Source of the DNA: Caecitellus pseudoparvulus
Taxonomy: Eukaryota > Protista > Bigyra: Bicosoecida
Direction of reading: 5' to 3'
NCBI GenBank assembly: GCA_965644315.1
Contig: CBFFRQ010000022.1
Span: 1 to 54,105, forward strand
Length of the DNA stretch: 54,105 bases
Positions 1-11,692 of this stretch are shown here, in pieces. The notes under the pieces are model-generated. The model was given only the letters and a program-made list of their open reading frames with translations. It did not search any database and was not told where the DNA came from. The position numbers were made by a program, and so were the translations under genes. Within the stretch, counting starts at the first letter, position 1. Each line of letters begins with the position of its first letter.

Positions 1-598
1 CCGGACACCCAGGTGTCCGGAAACTGGCCTTCGGCCAGTTCTTGTACCCACCGTCAAGGACCTCAATAAACGATATCGTGTGGTCCATAGCAGCGCTTCA
101 TGGGTAGAGTATTTCTTCTTGTGACATCCTCTGTAAATCTACGTTCGTCTGCATGAGCTTCACGTTTGACACCAAATCTTCAGCTGAGCACACAAGCGAC
201 TTTGTGTTCTGCACGATCACCAAAAGGGTTATTGCTGCAATTTTGCACCTGGGCAGGCAAATCTGCCCTACTTAGCATGGTACCAAGCTCAAATACTGCA
301 AAATGTGTGTGACACTGCTTGTACGGCACTGTGTCGGTTGGCGTGGTGATCTGTGGTCTCTGTGTGGTGTCGCCTGCCTCGATGCCCAGAGCTCCGCGTA
401 CACACTCCAGTGCAATGAGCGAAAGCAATGCGGGGTGAAAACAGAATGCAGACACCCTTCGCGGTGAAACCTTGCCCAAATCGCGCAAAAGGGAAGCAGT
501 ATCACGCAGGAGAGGCGCTCTCATTCACCACAAAGACAGCCACGAGCGGACACGCCTGCCAAGCCTGCACAATCACGAGAATGAATCCTTTGCCTCGG

Positions 599-1978
599 TC
601 ATTGAATTTCACAGCCCCGACCTCCTTGCGCCCTCTCACCGCTCCACCGGCCAGCCGATGCGCTTGCCCGCTTCTCACTGACCGGCACAGGTTCCCAGTG
701 CACATCAACCATAAGGAGGGCACAGCTCGTACAGACGAGCATGAGGCGGGCATACTCTTCCTGAAAGTGAGGGGCACCAAGAGCAAGGTCGCCGTCGCCC
801 TCCACAGCCGCTCCGCTGCTCCAGCGCGCACTCATTTCACTGCCAGGTGGCTCGAGATACAGCAGCGTGGAGCGATACATGGCATCTTCCATGTCAAATG
901 GCGTCCACTTCAGCCACTCAATCACCCCAGGAAGACTCATCAGGCGCGTAAACACGCTGTCAGAGTCCAGGGGAGTGCCCCACGGGAAAGTTGAAGGCAA
1001 GCGGACATGGTGAGTTGACCTGGTCACGCAGTCTCTCCCGTACATCTCCCACAGCACGTGCAGCAGCACTCGCGACGGCCGGAGCTCGTACTTGCTCCGC
1101 TGGTGCACGACCCAGTTCAATGGAAGCCGCGGCATCCACAATTCAGATCTTAAAGCGAGCACCTCGGCGAGGTGGGCAGGCTTCAGACCCTCTTTCGCCG
1201 CCTTCATGAGGACATCGAAGCATTGCATGTCAGACTCGTCGGAGTGTTGCACCACATCATCGGCAATGCACTCCACGGCACCTTGCCTCCACACAGGTCG
1301 GGGAAGTGGCCAAGCGCAGACGATGGGAAGACGAGCAACCCAATCAAGAATTGCTTTCGTGTGGTCTTCCGCCAGCTGAACCCCACCCCACGTGCTGTCA
1401 GGGCACTCGTCAGACAGGCTCTCGCTGGCCCGTGCCATGACTTCGTTTAGCAGGTCCAGCGCGACCCTCTGCCTGCGCACATTCGGTTCGCATTTCCTGA
1501 CGCTTCCAGTCACGCCATAAACAGAGACCGAGTACTCGATAGCGTCTGCCAGCTGCACAAGCACTTGGCAGCAGCCCAACGCCAGCTGTACATGCGTCAC
1601 AGCTGGGTGACAGTGTGGGACAAGGAGACTTCCTGAGGCACCTTCTGGGGTGTTTACAAGCCTGGCTTGCAAGGCCGCCGCTGCGCCTTGCTCGGGGAGA
1701 ATGACTGATGCGCCCCCCAAGCTTGAGGGGTGCAGTGGTGCATCCAGCACACACACTGTCTCAGGAAGCGCATACAGAAGGCCGCGACGCACACGCCCCG
1801 GCAGCTCCTTGGCTCGGATTTCGCCCAGAATGCTCTCCAACTGATCGCGCCAGCTGCACGGGACGTGCACGGGCGCCTGAGCGCCTTCCAGAAGAATGTC
1901 TTCCGACGATGTCGAAGAATCTATGTACTCCTCGAGGAAGGGGTGTGACTCCCCCTCGTCTGCAGACTTGGCGGCCAT
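599..1978 (-). CDS. Hypothetical protein (~460 aa), no recognised domain
   Basis: Long uninterrupted ORF (track 599..2038) with protein-like composition. First ATG is at 1978 (MAAKSADEGES). No family recognised. Confidence 0.55.
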   Translation of the reverse strand: MAAKSADEGESHPFLEEYIDSSTSSEDILLEGAQAPVHVPCSWRDQLESILGEIRAKELPGRVRRGLLYALPETVCVLDAPLHPSSLGGASVILPEQGAAAALQARLVNTPEGASGSLLVPHCHPAVTHVQLALGCCQVLVQLADAIEYSVSVYGVTGSVRKCEPNVRRQRVALDLLNEVMARASESLSDECPDSTWGGVQLAEDHTKAILDWVARLPIVCAWPLPRPVWRQGAVECIADDVVQHSDESDMQCFDVLMKAAKEGLKPAHLAEVLALRSELWMPRLPLNWVVHQRSKYELRPSRVLLHVLWEMYGRDCVTRSTHHVRLPSTFPWGTPLDSDSVFTRLMSLPGVIEWLKWTPFDMEDAMYRSTLLYLEPPGSEMSARWSSGAAVEGDGDLALGAPHFQEEYARLMLVCTSCALLMVDVHWEPVPVSEKRASASAGRWSGERAQGGRGCEIQ

Positions 1979-2149
1979 TGCAGAGGCTGCGTTTCCAGCG
2001 CAAATTCCGCAGCAGCACCCGAAACGCGAGGCTAGCACAGAGCCTGGGCTGGACAGGCGGCCCTAACGAGTCTGCAGGAAGTCGTTTGGCGAGTATGGTA
2101 TGAGGCTTGCGTTTGGTGTGTGAGTGGAAGTGGCTCTTGAGTGCGGCAG

Positions 2150-2671
2150 CCAAGTCTGCCAACCTCTGGGTGGCTGGCAGTGACGCAAAGGCAGCACCTG
2201 GGATGCATGTCGCCCCCTTCTGCCATCTGGTACGTCAGGCGGTTGTCCAGTTTGTGCACCATGGCGTCCCACACCCCAACAAAGCCCTGGCTGTTTCCCG
2301 TCACCAGGCGGCTGCCGTCTGGCGTGAAGGCCACGGCTTTGTGCATGGGCGCCGCTCAGGCGCAGCTTGCCAGCAGTCGTCACAGCTGGCTTGTCCACTA
2401 GCTGGCGCAGGCGCGGCGCGACACCTCGACAGACACCGCAGCGACCGCCAGGCGGCAGCATTCCCACGTGCTCCTGCCATTTCAGTGCCTGCCCCACCAG
2501 GCTGAGCAGCTGGGAAGGCGGGGCGGTAGAGACGCCCAGCGCTGGGGGGGCCACGTTCCGAGATCGTTCAGCAGCCAGTGTCGTGGAGGCGAACACCTCT
2601 GACGGACCTGCCTCCCTCACACTCAGCAAGGATTCCAGCGCCTGGTACCGCTTGGGCTGCTGCTATTTCAT
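2150..2671 (-). pseudogene. SMU1: Degenerate internal fragment of WD40 spliceosomal protein SMU1
   Basis: The motifs 'QPKRYQALESLL', 'VSTAPPSQLLSLVGQALKWQEHVGMLPPG' and, in a second frame, 'AVAFTPDGSRLVTGNSQGFVGVWD...LTYQ' match SMU1 ([27 protein letters not shown]...FSPDGQYLVTGS). There is an in-frame TAG at 2665-2663 and a frameshift near 2340. Both ends of the gene are missing. Confidence 0.8.
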
Positions 2672-2904
2672 GTGCTTGCCAGCCAAGGTTGAGCGCAGGC
2701 TGGCCTAAGGGGGGGCGGGTCCACAGGGGAGGGAGGCACCCCCCCCTTACGATGAGGTGTCTGGAATCCCAGCACGAAAGGCTTGGAAGTAACATTCCGG
2801 ACACCTCTGAGATCCCTGGTGGTGCAGTGACACGCAGGTGTGGTGTGGAAAGTGGCCGCCTCCTGTGGAGCCCCAAGCGGTGCAGAAAAATGCAGCCTGT
2901 CCAC

Positions 2905-5900
2905 CTACTCCTCCCTGCCTCGCACGTGCTGCCCCCTGGTCCTCACGTCCAGCTCTGCATCCCAACGGCTTTGCTCGACACGAAGAGCCTCCCGCACTGT
3001 GGAGAGAACAGGCGCCGCGTGCGCGGGCAAGCCTCGCGTGTCCACCGCCAGATGCTGCACGGCAGCCACCACCCCGTCCACCCCCCCCGCCGCCAGCAGC
3101 TGCATGAGTGCAAGACCGCCCGCCCGCCACGCCGCGGCAGAGTGGTCGCCTCGCAGGGCACGAACGATCCGCACGCCCTCTGCAGGCCCAGCAGGTGCCT
3201 GTGCGGCGCGCAGCCCCCGCAGGCGGGAGAGCAGGTGTGGGTCGTCCAGGCTCAGATCACCTCCCAGTCCACTTGCACCCTCCCCGCCCTCTGCATGGAC
3301 TGCAGGGGGCGTGCTTCGCCCCACACGCCGGGGCTGCAGGAGCGCTGCCCCCTTGGCTGCTGCAGCGTACCACCCCTCGTACCGGGGGTGTGTGCCGGGC
3401 GGCATGCTCACGGGTGTCCGGGCGGCCGCCGCCTCTGCTGCAGCGCGTGCTGCCCGGCGCTTGATGCCTGCCAGGATGCGTTCCTGCTGCGCCACCGCCG
3501 ACTGCTTGGTGGGCAGCCCGGACAGCGCCACGGCTCGGCCCGTGTCGGATACATGCCGGCCTGCCACGCCTGCTGCCGCCAGCGCCGCGCCGTGCACAGA
3601 CACTTGCCTGCCCAGGGCACGGCGCTTGGCGGTCCGCTTGGCATCGTGCAGGACCTGCGCTTTCAGGGGCGGCGGTAGGGCGTGCAGGACGTCCAGGTCC
3701 ACCCTGGCGTCGGCCAGGGCGGCTGTTTGGGAGGCGGTGAAGGCGCCCCCCTCCGCCCCACCTCGCCTGTGCGAGACTCGCAGGACAGACATGCTGGTCT
3801 GCCGCGGCTTCCCAGCCCGCCGTGGTGGGGGTGGAGCCATTGCCTTGCGCTGGCCGACATGGCTCACGTCAGGCTCCGTGCGAGGGGGCGCTGTGGAGCC
3901 CAGTGCTTCAAGCACCTGCGCTTTCACGCTGGGGTCCAGACAAGCCCACACGTCGTCAGTGAAGCCATCTGGCGCAGGGGGGTCCACGTCACCCTCCTGC
4001 ACCCCCTCTGCCTGCGGGGACGCAGGGCGGGGCTGGGACTCCATGGCCACCACACTGGCCCCATCTGACTCGGACTCACTACTGCTGGCCCCAGGTGACG
4101 CGTGCGAGCCAGCATGACTCGGCGGGCATGTCTCTGTATCGGAGTCAGAGCTGACTTCAATGGCGCTGTCAGGGGTGCTCTTGCAATCTTGCCGCTGTTG
4201 CCGTTCCTGCCGCTGCGCCCAGAATGCCGCACGCCGCTTCCGGCGCTCAGCCTCCACGTCATCCAGGTGCAGACGGCGCTGTTTTCGGGTTCCCGCCGAC
4301 ACCGCGTCTGTGCTTGGCGCGCCCCGTGGTCGCTTGGTCCGGGGTGGCGGGGATGGGGTGCCCGGGGAGTCGTCAGTGCCAGCGGTGGCATGCGGTGATT
4401 GGCGTGGGGCAGTGCTGGCGCCCTCCAAGCGCCGTGCCTGCAGCAGCACCGGGAGCAGCCCTGTGTTGCGCCGCCTGCGCGCAACTTGAGCAGTGTACTC
4501 GGCGCGAATGTCGGGCGGCAGGGCCGCCCAGACACCTGGGTCCGCCTGACTGAGTCCAGGGGCCACGTCAGAGGGTGAGAGATCCCCACGCGTATGGGAT
4601 GCTGGCGCCGTGGGGGGTGATGCTGGGACACTGCTCTCGGCAGCACCGCCGCTTGCAGCAGGCGGCAGGGTGGTCTGTGCTGCGTCCCCCCGTGTCGGGC
4701 TGTCCGAGGGGGCGCCAGGTGACGGCGGCTCTGCTTGGTGCAGGCGCACTCGCACGTGCTTGCTCTGCAGCCGTGCAATGGCGATGCCCAGCCCCCGGAC
4801 GTCCTGCACCGGTACGGCCAGCTTGCGCAGCATGCTGGACACAGCGGACAGGACCATGGCGGAGGCCGCCCCCACGCCCCCGTCGTCCTCCTCGCCGCTG
4901 GGCAGAAAGACCGTGTGGCGCACGACCAGGGGCGTGGGCAGGGTCAGGCTGCGAGAGTGGGTATCACAGATGCCGTGCCCCAGGTGTTTGAGGGACTCGC
5001 CCTCCCCTGCACGCCGCTGCATGACTTTCAGCGTCACGTTGCGGGAGGCATACCCACGCACCCGCACATACCCAGGCGCAGGTGAGCCAGACGGGCCACT
5101 TGGCGCTGTGGCGTGCCCTTCATCCATGATGAGGGCCCTGTGTAGGCGGTGCACCGCCTCAGCCACCAGCTCCGCGATGAACGTGTCCAGCTTGCCCTGG
5201 CTCTTGAAACGCAAGCCCCAATTCACCTCGGCCGACACGCTCTTGCGCTGCTTCACAGGTGCAACCGGCACATCGCCGTCATCACCCCTCGCTGCACGGT
5301 ACACGGCCTCGCCCTGCTTGGGCCCAAACCACGCCTGCAGCAGGCCGAGCGGCGTGCCTTGCAGCTGCAGCACCGTCTCCACGCCGCGCTCAGCTTTCAG
5401 GCGTTTCACCGTGGCCCAGCCAATGCCAGGCACGATGGACACGGACATGGGGGCGAGGAACCGCGCCACTGCGCCGTCGTCAGCCCCCAGCATGGCCTGC
5501 CCGTTCGGCTTGGCTTCCCGTGTGCACAGGCGTGCCAGTAGCTTGTTGCGGGCGATGCCGGCGGAGGCCGTGCACCCGCCCGTCGCGGCGTGCACTGCTT
5601 GGCGCAGCCGAGTCACAAAGGCGGCAGGGTCTGGCGTGCCGGTGATGTCCAGGTATGCCTCGTCGCAAGACATGGCTTCCACTGCGCGCACAGTGCCCTG
5701 CAGCGGCGCGTCCAGCAAGACGGTGCCCGAGGGCGACAGCACCCTGAAGTCACCACGCCCGAAACGCACGATGCAGCCGAAGGCCGCGCGGGAAGCCGCA
5801 TCTATGGCGCGGAAGTCGTAGGGCAGGATGACCAGGTCGGGGCACTTGGACACGGCGGGCCGCATCCACATGCCAGCCCGCACGCCAGAGCGCCGGGCGA

Positions 5901-7037
5901 CGTAGTTCGCAGAGCTGATCTCACCCCCCATGCCAAAGCCGCCTGCGAGCCACTGGGCTGCCGCGATGGGCTCCTGCTTCGACCCCGCCGTCCCTGCATG
6001 CGCGACGACGACCGGCGAGTCGGCGTACTGCGGGTATCGCAACAGCATGACTGACGCGAAGAAGCAGTCCATGTCCAAGTGCACGACGGTGCGGGCTGCG
6101 ACAGAGGCAGGGCGCTGCTGGAGTCCAGCGACACCCTGTGCAGGGTTCGCGTCGCTCCAAGCATCCGCCACCTCCCATGCCCCCCCCTCCACCCCCTCGT
6201 CGGCATCCCCCTCCATGTCCACCTCGTCAGGGACGGCAGGGGCCACCACGACGGGGTCTGCACCAGGGCCGCCCTCCTGCCTGTGGGCCTCGTCTGCTTC
6301 GGTCCCCACCAGTCCCTCCCGCACCATGGTGCTGACCTTGGCACGGTATGCTCCGATGAAGTGCAGGCGAGAGGCCTGGTAGTATTGCTGCATGAAGCCT
6401 TCCCCCGTCTCCTGTCCATTGCGAGGGGGGGCCTCCACCATGGCCCGTGCAGGCGCCTTGCGCTGCCGGGCAGGGGGGGGCGGCGGCGCAGCCACCGCAG
6501 GGGCCTTACTGTCCGCGGCCCCCAACATCGCAGCAATGCTGCCTCCCCAGCGCCCGCGGAACGCAGGCAGCAGGTACTCCCGCTCTGGCAGGCGTTTTCC
6601 AGCTTTGATGCTGTCCAGCAGCCAAGATGGGTACACCACTGGCACACACTGCCGCTCAGCGAGCAGCTCCTTCGCCTTGGTGTCAGGCAGCTCCTCAGCC
6701 ACCATGTGCGTGCAGACGGCTTTGGAGTAGTAGTGCTCCACTCGCCCTCCATTGGACGCCACCAGCAGCTTCAGCTCCTCCAGCGGCGGGTGAGTCTGGC
6801 CATTGATATACACCGCCACGCCAGACAACGCGCCTGCCTCGGATGGACCAGCCCTGCAGCGAGCGGGTGTCGACTCCTTGCTTGCGTTTCGCCTGCGTTG
6901 CGTCACATGCCTCACCCGTAGTCAGCCATCTGGTACCGCAGCTTGGCCTGCTTGTGGGCCATGTACGTGCCAAAGTCCCCGCCATGGTGGTGCCCAAGCT
7001 CTGGAACCGCTCGCTCGGCGCGCTTTCGTCGGCTCAT
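2905..7037 (-). CDS. REV1: DNA repair protein REV1 (Y-family deoxycytidyl transferase)
   Basis: Exon 1 (ATG 7037) encodes GGDFGTYMAHKQAKL, followed by a 62-nt GTGAG..GCAG intron at 6915-6854. The protein then shows BRCT (GVAVYINGQTHP...VYPSWLLDSI), N-digit (YYQASRLHFIG), catalytic HLDMDCFFASV, SSANYVARRSG and SCDEAYLD, and three UBM-like motifs (VWAALPPDIRAE, VWACLDPSVKAQV, VLHALPPPLKAQV). Confidence 0.96.
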
Positions 7038-7700
7038 TTCACAACATGCGAGGCACGCAAGCTTGCCTCACGCATCCTGGCTTTGCTGAATGAGCCGGCC
7101 GGCTCAGCAAGCTGCTGTTGCAGAGCCAAGCACAAAGTGAGGTCGCTGCTGCACCATGCAGATGCCAAGCTCCATGGGGACGCGTTTTGGCGCATGCGAG
7201 CGACGGCTTGCCGTGCCTGCTCGACCACGAGACTCGCAGGTTGGCTCCAGCACCCCCCCTCCACAACGTCGGCTGGTGCAGCGTCTGGCAAAGGCATCGC
7301 CACAAAGAAATTCCAAAAGCAGCCCACGACCTCCGCGGGAAGCCTCCCATGTTCACACGTGGCATTGAAATCGCGAGCCGCTCGTGGAAGGGAGCTTGCG
7401 AGACTTCTGTCACCACCACCGACTACGAGGCTGCACTCCAGCCTCACGTGCCCAGCAACCTGGGAACTGAGTGCAAAGGAGCTCTAACATGTGCGTGAAG
7501 TATATTGTGCGCCATGACTTGCCTTCTGCAACCGCGTGCAAGGTCAGAGAGCGCGTCCAGCGTTTTGTGGCACGGCCCAGCGAATCCGTGCGGAATCTGA
7601 CCCCTTTTTGCACGCCGCTTTTGTGCCGTTCCGGGGCGCATTGGTACATTGCATCAGCGTTGTAGATATTTATGACTTGTTTACTCCCAGAAGATCCCAT
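7034..7700 (-). CDS. Possible small hypothetical protein (MGSSGSK start), two overlapping ORFs
   Basis: ORFs 7410..7700 and 7034..7447 overlap in different frames. The first begins with a myristoylation-like MGSSGSK. No homology recognised. Confidence 0.25.
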
Positions 7701-7851
7701 GTGTCCTTGTCAAGGATGCGCGCTGATCTCTGCAAGCGCTGCCTCGCAGTCGCACACGCCACGCACCGCAGCCGCAAGCTGGGCGGCGGCCTTGCGAACC
7801 CTTTCACATTGCGGCTGCATGCCCTGTTTCGCAGACACACTCATGTCTTCA

Positions 7852-9771
7852 ATGAAGTACGCTTCCCTCCTATTCGCGGCTGCTGCGCTGAGCAGCGGGG
7901 CAGCCATGCCGCTTGAGTGGGAGATGGTGGCTGCAAGCGGAGACATCCCCACGGCACGGCGCTCGGCGACGCTGGGCTACGACGCGTGGGGGAAGCAGCT
8001 GGTCCTGTACGGCGGCACTGGCATCGGGGGCATCAGAGAGGACACGTACTTGTTCAACACCTCGACAGGGGTGTGGCGTGACGTCACAGACGAGGTCGGC
8101 ACGCCGCCGCCTCGCCGCTTCGACGCCGTGTTTGGCGTCGCGCAGAGCGCAGAGCTGGGCCTGAACGGCTTCTACGTCGCGACGGGGCTGGGCGACGGGA
8201 ATTTGAATGATGTGTGGGTGTTTAACTTCACCTCCTTGCGGTGGTCGGAGCTCATCACGACTGGCCCTGCGCCGCCGCCACGATACGGCGCTGCCGGTGG
8301 CATTGACCCGACCAACCCACGATACCTGGTGCTGTCTCACGGCCTGGGCAACGGCCCCCGCCTGGACGACGCATACATGCTGGACCTTGTGACGGCAACG
8401 TGGTACAACACGTCCCCCAGCACGGGTGTGCAGCGGCCCTCCCGTCGGTGTCAGGCCGGCGGCGTGGTTGGGCGTGACGGTGCTCTCACCATGCACGGCG
8501 GGTGTGGCAGCGGCGGGTACGGGCCCTGTCCCGGGCAGGACGTGTGGACGTTTGCGTCGGCCCCTCAAGCGGGAGGCTCTGCCACCTCCCGGGGGCCAGG
8601 ACGGTGGACGTCAGTGCCGACGTGTGCGGGACCGCGCAGGTACCCAGCGCTGGCGCAGCTGCCAAACTCCACGCGCCGTGTCTTGAGTTTTGGCGGCGCA
8701 GGGGGGCTGTACGGCTCTGGTGAGCAAGGACAAGTGTCTGTGCTGGACACGCCCAGTGCGCAGTGGAACTTGGTCGTGCCGCGTGGTGCCGCCTTGCCCA
8801 GCATTCGGTCGGCCGCAGCTCCCGCCCTGGCACTCACGCCGCCACCCGCCAGTGGCCAGCACCCTGGCACGGCCCTGGGCGTGTACTTTTTCGGTGGCTC
8901 AGAAGGTTCCACAGAGCTGTGGCTGCTGAAGGGCGACTCCACTGACGGCCTGCGCCAGTTGCCGTGTGAGTCGGCTGCGCCCCTGCGCACGACGCACGGA
9001 CTGCTCATGCTGCTGGGCTGGGGCATTCTGCTCCCTCTGGGCGTCACCATCGCACGGTTTGGGCGCGGGTTGGGGCCGCTGTGGTTCACTCTGCACTGGA
9101 TGCTGCAGGTGGCCGGTGTTGTCCTCATGTTCGCTGCCTTTATTGTGGGCATCCTCATGAACCAGAGCAGCCCCTTCGCCATCTCACTTTCCGCACGCCC
9201 CCACGCCGTCATTGGGCTGCTGGTGGTGGTCCTGGGCCTGCAGCAGGCTGTCAATGGCTGCGCCCGCCCACACGTCACCAAGGGCGTGCCCCCCACCACC
9301 TGCCGCCGCGTGTGGGAGATCGTGCACAAGGTCGGCGGCCGCGTCATGTTGCTGCTGGGCATCATCAACCCATTCTGGGGATTCGCACACCTGGGCCTGG
9401 GTCCGTTCGTCGTTGTCCTGTACAGCATCTGGGTGGGTGTTCTGACTCTGTTCTGGGTCTTTGCCACCCTTGCAGGCTACCCCACCAAGGAAACCAACCC
9501 GAGCGCCATCGCCACCTTCTTCGGCAGCTTGTGGCCCCCCGGCGCGTGCGCTCCGCTGCGTGCCTGGGCCTGTCCACTTCCACAGGTGGGGGCAGTGCAG
9601 AAGCCACAGGACGTGCACCCAGAAGGTGCGGAGGCCACTGTGGATGGGTCGGGGGACTCCATCAAGCAGCGAGTTGTGCGAAAGGAATCGGCGACAGGGC
9701 AGCCTGCTCGACCTGGAGCTGCAGATCACACGGACTCCAGTGTGGAGCTTTCAGTTGTGGCGCGCAGTTGA
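7852..9771 (+). CDS. Kelch-repeat beta-propeller fused to cytochrome b561-type transmembrane domain
   Basis: Signal peptide MKYASLLFAAAALSSGAA. Kelch-like repeats (PTARRSATL..LVLYGG..DTYLFN..W; PPPRYGAAGG; PSRRCQAGG..HGG). Four b561 heme histidines in THGLLMLLGWGILLPLG, WFTLHWMLQ, PHAVIGL and WEIVHKVGGR. Confidence 0.88.
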   Translation: MKYASLLFAAAALSSGAAMPLEWEMVAASGDIPTARRSATLGYDAWGKQLVLYGGTGIGGIREDTYLFNTSTGVWRDVTDEVGTPPPRRFDAVFGVAQSAELGLNGFYVATGLGDGNLNDVWVFNFTSLRWSELITTGPAPPPRYGAAGGIDPTNPRYLVLSHGLGNGPRLDDAYMLDLVTATWYNTSPSTGVQRPSRRCQAGGVVGRDGALTMHGGCGSGGYGPCPGQDVWTFASAPQAGGSATSRGPGRWTSVPTCAGPRRYPALAQLPNSTRRVLSFGGAGGLYGSGEQGQVSVLDTPSAQWNLVVPRGAALPSIRSAAAPALALTPPPASGQHPGTALGVYFFGGSEGSTELWLLKGDSTDGLRQLPCESAAPLRTTHGLLMLLGWGILLPLGVTIARFGRGLGPLWFTLHWMLQVAGVVLMFAAFIVGILMNQSSPFAISLSARPHAVIGLLVVVLGLQQAVNGCARPHVTKGVPPTTCRRVWEIVHKVGGRVMLLLGIINPFWGFAHLGLGPFVVVLYSIWVGVLTLFWVFATLAGYPTKETNPSAIATFFGSLWPPGACAPLRAWACPLPQVGAVQKPQDVHPEGAEATVDGSGDSIKQRVVRKESATGQPARPGAADHTDSSVELSVVARS

Positions 9772-10045
9772 TGGTCAGGCGCTATCTTCCGGTCTGCACA
9801 CACTTGCAGGACGCTTTTTGCGTGGGGGACTCACGCCCGGCTGATGCTGCGCCGGCATTCGAAGCTGGACCTTCGTGCGGTGCGATGCGAATTCAAAATC
9901 CTTCAGAACTCCGCTTGATGCTTCCTCGAGGGGGAGGAGGGACACCCTCCAAGCGCCACGCAGCATCGGAGCTGGCGTTTTGACCCGCCACTTGCAACGG
10001 CAGAGCCAGCGCAAAGAGCACCTGGGGCACTTGGTGCGCCGCGAC

Positions 10046-11647
10046 ATGGCGAACGCATCTTCCGAAGCTGCACAGGTGGCACCCACTTCGCTTCAAACTG
10101 CACTGTTGAACAAGTATGCTTCTCCAGACAGCTTTAACCCAGCCTTCCTGCTGGACATCCCGGCACGGAGTTTCGGGTCGAAACGGCAGCCGCCGGCGAG
10201 GCTCCTCGCCCGCCAGAAGAAGAAAGATTCAGCAAGCGAGGGAGCTACAGGCACTCTGAAGCTATCATCTTCATCTCTCCTTCAAAAGCTGCAGTCGGCA
10301 AGCTTGCCAGGGGAATCCATTTGCAGGATTGACCCGGAGCCGTGCCTTGGCGTGTTGCTGCCTCGCCTGCGGTCCCTGGACCTGCAAGGCAATGCCTTGG
10401 CCCTCGCAGATGCATACACGATACTGAGCAGCTGCGCGGCATTGCAAACGCTGGACCTGGGCAGGAACGCGCTGGGTGGCCCTGTCCCCGACGTGGAGCC
10501 TCCTGCGCTGCTACACTTGGCAACGCTGGCGATGAACCACACTGGCATTTCTCAAGAGGCTACGCTGCACCTTCTCACCCACGCAGAACATCTGACAGCC
10601 TTGCATGTTGGTGGTAATGGGTGGACCTCTCTTTCAGCGCTGTCTGAGGCTGGGCGGCATATGCCAGCTCTCACGCACCTGCACCTCGCCAGCAGCCCAC
10701 TGACCAGCTTGTTGGACACTATCGCGCAGGCTGCCGCTGCATGGCCCTCCTTGCGTCATCTGGACCTCGCTGCTTCGACTTTCTCTGCACGCTGCCTGCC
10801 GACCAGCACGGCAGGCGCCGATTCACATGGCACTGCCATCACACTCAGTCCGCCACTGATAGGATCCCTGACGTCACTCTGCGCTGACGACTGCGACGTG
10901 CAGACTTGGGCAGAGGTGGACTTCCTGGGGCAGCTGCCCCTGGCCTGCATCAGGCTGCAGCGCATCCCCGCCCTGCAGCCTGTCGTGCATGGGGCTGCGC
11001 TGGCCACGGCGCTGGACGGGGATGCCGGCCAAGCCTGCCGAGGTACGAGGGGGCTGTGGATGGACCGTGCGGCGCTGTGCGGCGCCAAGCCAGCCGAGCA
11101 GGCCCTGAGGCAGCTTGTGCTGGCGAGGCTGCCCCACTGCACCAGCTTGAACGGCAGCGCCGTGTCGGAGTCGGAGCGCAGTGCTGCCGAGCGGTTCGCG
11201 CTGCGGTACACGTCGCAGTGGGCTGCAGACGGCGCCCCAGGCCTGCCCCATGCCATGACATGCGCCATGGCGGCCCCGCTGCGGCAGCCAGAGTGGGTGG
11301 CAGCGCATGGCGAGCTGGGCCCTCTGGCTGCTGTGGACATGTCGGCGCCGGCCCCAGTGCACTTTGAGGTGCGGTTCGGGTGGGAGAGCGGGGGGCAGGA
11401 ACAAGCCCCGCTGCCCACCACGTCTGTGGTTGCCGTTGAAACGGGGCAAACCATCGGGGAGGTGAAGGGCGCGCTGCTCGGGAGACTGCCGCAGGAGTTG
11501 CAAGCTCTGCCCTGCCGCTTGATGTACCTGGATGTGGCGGCGGCAGCGGTGTACGGGGAGCAGGAGCTGAGCATGGACAGCATGCTGCTATCTTCACACC
11601 GGCCCTGTGATGGCGACGTGCTGACGGTGCTGTTGCAGGGGCCCTGA
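10046..11647 (+). CDS. TBCEL: Tubulin-specific chaperone cofactor E-like protein (LRR + ubiquitin-like)
   Basis: SLQTALLNKY N-terminus, LRRs (LRSLDLQGN, LQTLDLGRN), LRR cap RQLVLARLPHCTSLNGSAVSESERSAAERFALRY, HGELGPLAAVDM and a C-terminal Ubl ending DGDVLTV. There is no CAP-Gly domain, which favours TBCEL over TBCE. Confidence 0.85.
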   Translation: MANASSEAAQVAPTSLQTALLNKYASPDSFNPAFLLDIPARSFGSKRQPPARLLARQKKKDSASEGATGTLKLSSSSLLQKLQSASLPGESICRIDPEPCLGVLLPRLRSLDLQGNALALADAYTILSSCAALQTLDLGRNALGGPVPDVEPPALLHLATLAMNHTGISQEATLHLLTHAEHLTALHVGGNGWTSLSALSEAGRHMPALTHLHLASSPLTSLLDTIAQAAAAWPSLRHLDLAASTFSARCLPTSTAGADSHGTAITLSPPLIGSLTSLCADDCDVQTWAEVDFLGQLPLACIRLQRIPALQPVVHGAALATALDGDAGQACRGTRGLWMDRAALCGAKPAEQALRQLVLARLPHCTSLNGSAVSESERSAAERFALRYTSQWAADGAPGLPHAMTCAMAAPLRQPEWVAAHGELGPLAAVDMSAPAPVHFEVRFGWESGGQEQAPLPTTSVVAVETGQTIGEVKGALLGRLPQELQALPCRLMYLDVAAAAVYGEQELSMDSMLLSSHRPCDGDVLTVLLQGP

Positions 11648-11692
11648 GATCCCCCGCCCATCAGGGTGAAGCTCATGCATTGCGCGTGACAC

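Noticed and set aside
2578-6921. Many long antisense or alternate-frame ORFs over REV1 and other genes
   Set aside because: These are shadow ORFs expected from high GC and stop-codon scarcity; they show no domain signatures.
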